The notes beneath the pieces are model-generated. The model was not told the DNA's origin. It did no database searches and saw only the letters and a program-made list of their open reading frames with translations. This document shows positions 58,859 through 64,000 of a DNA stretch of 64,000 nucleotides, piece after piece. The translations under genes and the position numbers were made by a program. How positions within the stretch are numbered: position 1 is the first letter of the stretch; each line of letters opens with the position of its first letter. The stretch comes from the human T2T-CHM13v2.0 reference genome, Homo sapiens. The DNA is taken from NCBI RefSeq assembly GCF_009914755.1, contig NC_060926.1; one strand, written 5' to 3'.

Positions 58859-61170
58859 AGTGCCAGGGCAGGACGACTGCCACCCTGAGTCATGTTCTGC
58901 TGGTGTCTTTCAATTAGGCAGGAAAGCTCACTTCACAAGGAGCTTCTGTGTCACTGGAGTTATATGGAAATGAGGACATCAACGCAGCCCTCAGGGGCAT
59001 GCGGGAAGAAGCAGAGGATGGGCCAGAGAGGGTCCTCCCTACCCTCCTCCCAGGTTTGGCCCTCTAGGCCACTCTACCCACTGCATACAGGGATGGGTGT
59101 GGTGCCCAGTTCCTCACCCTCTGGGACATAGAACTCCACCTACCCACAAAACCCACTTCCTCAGAAGCGTTAGGGCTGCCTTGGTGCCCTAACTGCAGGT
59201 GTGCAGGGCGGGGCTGAGGAAGAGGCAGTTAGGGCTGAACCCAGCAGGAGGGAAGCAAGCTTGCCCAGCTCTAGGTTTCTTGTGAACCCTCAGGACCTGC
59301 CTTTGGAGGCAGGTCCTGAGACTGCTGGAAGAAATGAAAATGATGACAATTACAAAGATGAAGGGAGAGAGTGTTAATGAATCACAGATCTTCCTTCCCC
59401 TATCAGGTCACCTTGTGTCAGTTTAACAATGACCACCCCCCCCCCAAAAAAAAAAAGCCACACACACACACACTGAGAAGGGAAACACTTTGTTTTTCTG
59501 CACTGTCTGAGCTCCATCAGATAATGGAACTGCTGAGCTCTCTGTTCTGCCACTCCACATTGATGGATTTCATGGCAGAGTAACACTTTGGAAATGAAAG
59601 TTTCTCTTCTACTTCCTAAGTGAGGGAGACCCAGAATCCAAGAAAGGATCCTTGGCTCAGGAAATCATCTGCCATCGGTGGCCAGGGGCAGCTGGAGCGT
59701 CAACATCTAACCTGTGGGAAGATGTACCCTCTGCAATAGGCCCCTCTGCCCCATCCCCAGAAGTCCCCAAAAGTTTCCAGGAGTGTCAACAGATGGGGGA
59801 GGGATCAGCCACTCTCACCCTCTGAACTGTGAGGGTTTCTCTTCCCATTTCTCTAGGAAGCAGTGGCCATGTCGTTGCCCAAAGCAGATGTCAAAAGAGA
59901 AACTTAGAAGAGGCTTCTGAGACTAGCAACCCTCCCACTCAGGATGGAACCAAATTCAGGGAGCACGTCTCCCCACACAGCTGAAATTAATGCAGAGGTG
60001 AACGCCTTCTCCCTCAGAAGCAGAGCAAGAATGATTCTTGATTACACTGAGCCTATGGAACAGCCCCCACTGTTCAAGAGCCAAGATTAGTGTGAAGCAC
60101 CTCTCAATCATTTAAGATTTGATTGTTTAACATGAGGCTGGGTGGGTTCGTCTCAGTGCTGATGTCAACAATCGACCCCATCGTCCACATGGCTCCCTGG
60201 GTTGCACCACGAGCCAGCCACTGCTGCTTCTGGGTGCCAGGCTGTCCGGCAAATCCTCTGACCCCCGTCTCTCCCTTCTAGATTTTTCTGAGCTGCCACT
60301 TCCTCTCACCCTCCAGGCAGGCAGAGCCTGAAACCCCCTCTCTCAGAAAGGGTTGCATCAAACTCATTTGATGCACACAAATTCACCGAGGGAGAATCCT
60401 TTGACAAGCAGGCTCTGGGGCCCTGGGGCTGGGGCTTGAGAGCCTGGGTCTCTAACACACCCAGCAGTTGCTGATGGCGGGGCCAGAGCTGGAGTGGCCA
60501 AGGTTTTAGAGCAGTACTTATGGTGGGTCTCTCTCTAGCTGGGCCATCCTTGAGGCCATCCTCTTCATTTCAGATCAGTTTGCTCCCTCCCCATTTCTCA
60601 AAGCTGCTTACTGTTTGCTGGAAGGGAAGGCTGGACTCCTCCACCCCACCTTCCACCCCCACCTTCCTTTCCCCTCCGCCCCACACCCGTTTCTCTGCTC
60701 CCTAGTCTGTTTCCTGTACAACTTTAGGACATGGCCTTCATTCATGTTACCTTTCTGTTGTTGTTTTTTTATGAGCTTTAGTTAAGATAACTAATTGCTG
60801 CAGACAAAACCAGCTCAAAACAATTTAATCCACACTTTGAGAGAGGGAGAAAGAAATGCACTCTGCAGAGGAATCTGAAGAATGTAGAGAACCATCCAAT
60901 CAACGACTATTCCAAGCATTTCCCTGAGAATGCAAACTTCCACCCACCTCAAGCCCTCCAGGAACTTGCCATTTTCACCACATCACTATGCAGCGTCACA
61001 CCAGGAAGTACCCAGAAAACTTCGCACGATCCTCCGGAAGCCTCACCCCTTATCGGTGACCACCCTTCTGCTATATCCAGTCTTTTTCTCAGCATAAGTG
61101 TTTTACATACTTGATATCAGAGTGTAATTTAAAATCTATTTCTTGACTTTTTTACTTAATAAGTTTTTAA

Positions 61171-61584
<414 letters not shown>

Positions 61585-62639
61585 GTTTTGTGGAACTTTT
61601 GAAAGCACAGAGAGGCATGCTCACATCTCATGGACACCACCCGAGTTAGATTAACTTCCTTTCAAACTGGAAGTAGAAGGAGACCATGTTTTCATTTGCC
61701 CACTCACTCACTCAGCAAATTTCACAGCATATTCCCCGTGTGCCAGGTATTCAGGGAAAGCCCGTTGTCCGTCTGAAGTCTATTAAGAGGTTAAATAGTC
61801 ATCAGTCCACTTCAAGCTGGTCGATCGCCTTTGAGCATGGGAGGTAAGAGCTAACTTTGCAGTAAACCGCTCAACACAGAAACCAGCAAGGGCTTCCACA
61901 TGCAGCCCCGTTCCTGGAGCAACAAATCACAACATCCGTCACTGTAGACTCTGGCCTGACACAGATGGTCCCCACATTCTTGAAGGCAAGGACTAAGAAA
62001 GAGTGGGTCAGGGTCCGTTTGGAAATTATTTTCAGGAAGCTGGCCCTCTGAGGCCAAATGGTGGGAGGTGGAGGGGACTAGACTTGGGCGGGAAGAAACA
62101 TCCTCATCCATCCTCATCCTTATGGAAACCTGTGTCCCAGTTCCCTGTCTGCATCTTCAGGTGCCTCTGGTACAAGTCTATGTGGATGCCTGCCTCAAAC
62201 TCATCACACAGAAATGCAGCACTCTCGCCCGCTGCACTGTGGCCCCTTCCAAATGTAGCCCCCTTGGAGAGACACGTATCGCCCACTAAGTGGATCCACT
62301 GCAGCCTCCACACTATCTGGGTTCCTCTCTCCCTTTCTCCTCCAAGTCAGCAGGTGACAGGCTCGCTTTGCTTGTGCCTTCCAAAGAACAGAGACTCTAG
62401 CATGTCTGCCCTTCGATGGGCCGGCTTGGCCTGGCTGTCTCCTGCTTCCTCAATGGTTTCCTGGGAATACCTGCTGGTAGGTGGGGGATGGCCTAATCCC
62501 TGCCAGAGACTCCTTGGCCTTTGATCCTGGTGAGCTGTGCTAGTCCACGTGCAAACACAAAGCCTCTGTTCTCTTTTGGAGGCCTTTTGCATAGTCTGAC
62601 AGCTGAGCTGGAGATCCAGGCAGGCCTGCACTTAGCTGT

Positions 62640-62810
62640 GCTCTTGCCTCCAAGGACTGTTCCAACGTGGGGCCATGATTCAGCCTCTTTGAGCCTCAGA
62701 TTCTTCTCTGTACACTGGAGATAAGGATGCCCACCTCACAGGGCTGTTTCAGCGATCAGATCTGTAAAGCACTTAGCGTTATGTGTAGGAAGAACTCAAT
62801 ACATAATATT
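62640..62810 (+). mobile_element. MIR
   Basis: tgagcctcag...cccacctcacagggctgtt...tgtaaagcacttagc. Confidence 0.7.
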
Positions 62811-62994
62811 AATGCTGAGTATAATTACTGTTATTCCTCAGTAGGCTTCCAGGCCTGCCTGCCCTGAGTCCTCTTGGTCTTCCCTGTTTTATCTCCCCAG
62901 CTACAGGAGAGAAGTGACTTGCTCTCCATCCCTCCGTCAATGAAGGGGCTAGGCCATGCACTGTGCTTTGGTGCCCACTGTTCTACTTGGTTTA

Positions 62995-63431
<437 letters not shown>

Positions 63432-63560
63432 TTAATCTTTTTTCACTCTGACCATCAGAATTTTCTTGGAAGTTTTCATCACTATTAAGCAGACTCCAAA
63501 AATTAAAGTTAATAATGATCTGGATTAAAGATGCAAAATAATTATTGCTTGCATATATGT

Positions 63561-64000
63561 TGTAGGGGCCAAAGCGAAACCTTTGGCCCTCTGAAGTTTC
63601 ACTGAAAAATCAACTCGCAAAAGACAGATTAAGGCCGGGCACTGTGGCTCAAACCTGTGATTCTAGCACTTTGAGAGGTTGGGGTGGGCAGATCAGTTGA
63701 GGTAAGGAATTCAAGACCAGCTTGGCCAACATGGCAAAACCCTGTCTCTACTAAAAATACAAAAATTAGCTGGACGTGGTGGTGTGTGCCTGTAATCTCA
63801 GCTACTCAGGAGGCTGAGGCATGAGAATCCCTTGAACCAGAGAGACAGATTCAGAGGTTGCAGTGAGCCGAGAGCAGGCCAGCGCACTCCAGCCTGGGCG
63901 ACACAGCAAGACTCTGTCTGAAAAAAAAGGCAGATTAATAGGAGAAAAGGCATACAAAGTTATTCAACGTGTGTATACACAGGAGCCCTCAGAATAAAGA
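63561..64000 (-). mobile_element. ERV1 MER4-group LTR (runs off the window) containing an AluS at 63633-63928
   Basis: tgtaggggccaaag...cagattaataggagaaaaggcatacaaa; Alu TSD aaaagRcagattaa. Confidence 0.7.

Noticed and set aside
61747-61842. Possible exon ending GAG/GTAAGA
   Set aside because: Acceptor lacks a good pyrimidine tract and there is no coding support
62003-62524. 173-aa non-repeat ORF (also 30593-31057 and 58207-58674)
   Set aside because: No recognisable domain, several lack a true ATG start, and the lengths are expected by chance in GC-richer DNA

Overview
Primate (almost certainly human) non-coding genomic DNA, intergenic or deep intronic. I find no recognisable protein-coding gene, RNA gene or CRISPR array; the long ORFs in the track are Alu- or L1-derived or featureless. 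The window holds about 36 Alu elements, four L1PA 3' fragments, older L1M/L2/MIR remnants, solo LTRs (MER9/HML-3, THE1, MST, MLT1/2, ERV1-type), DNA-transposon relics (Tigger3, MADE1, MER33, MER5) and several minisatellites. The most notable structures are: an 18x17-bp VNTR born inside L1 ORF2 with a higher-order variant code; an L1 with a probable 3' transduction whose empty site is preserved in a nearby ancient paralogous copy; head-to-head Alu pairs inserted at single palindromic endonuclease sites; a collapsed inverted-Alu junction; and several fold-back templated-insertion scars. Candidate regulatory clusters and possible lncRNA exons are noted at low confidence. I see no evidence of a new gene system. 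Subfamily calls are from memory of consensus sequences, not from a database search.
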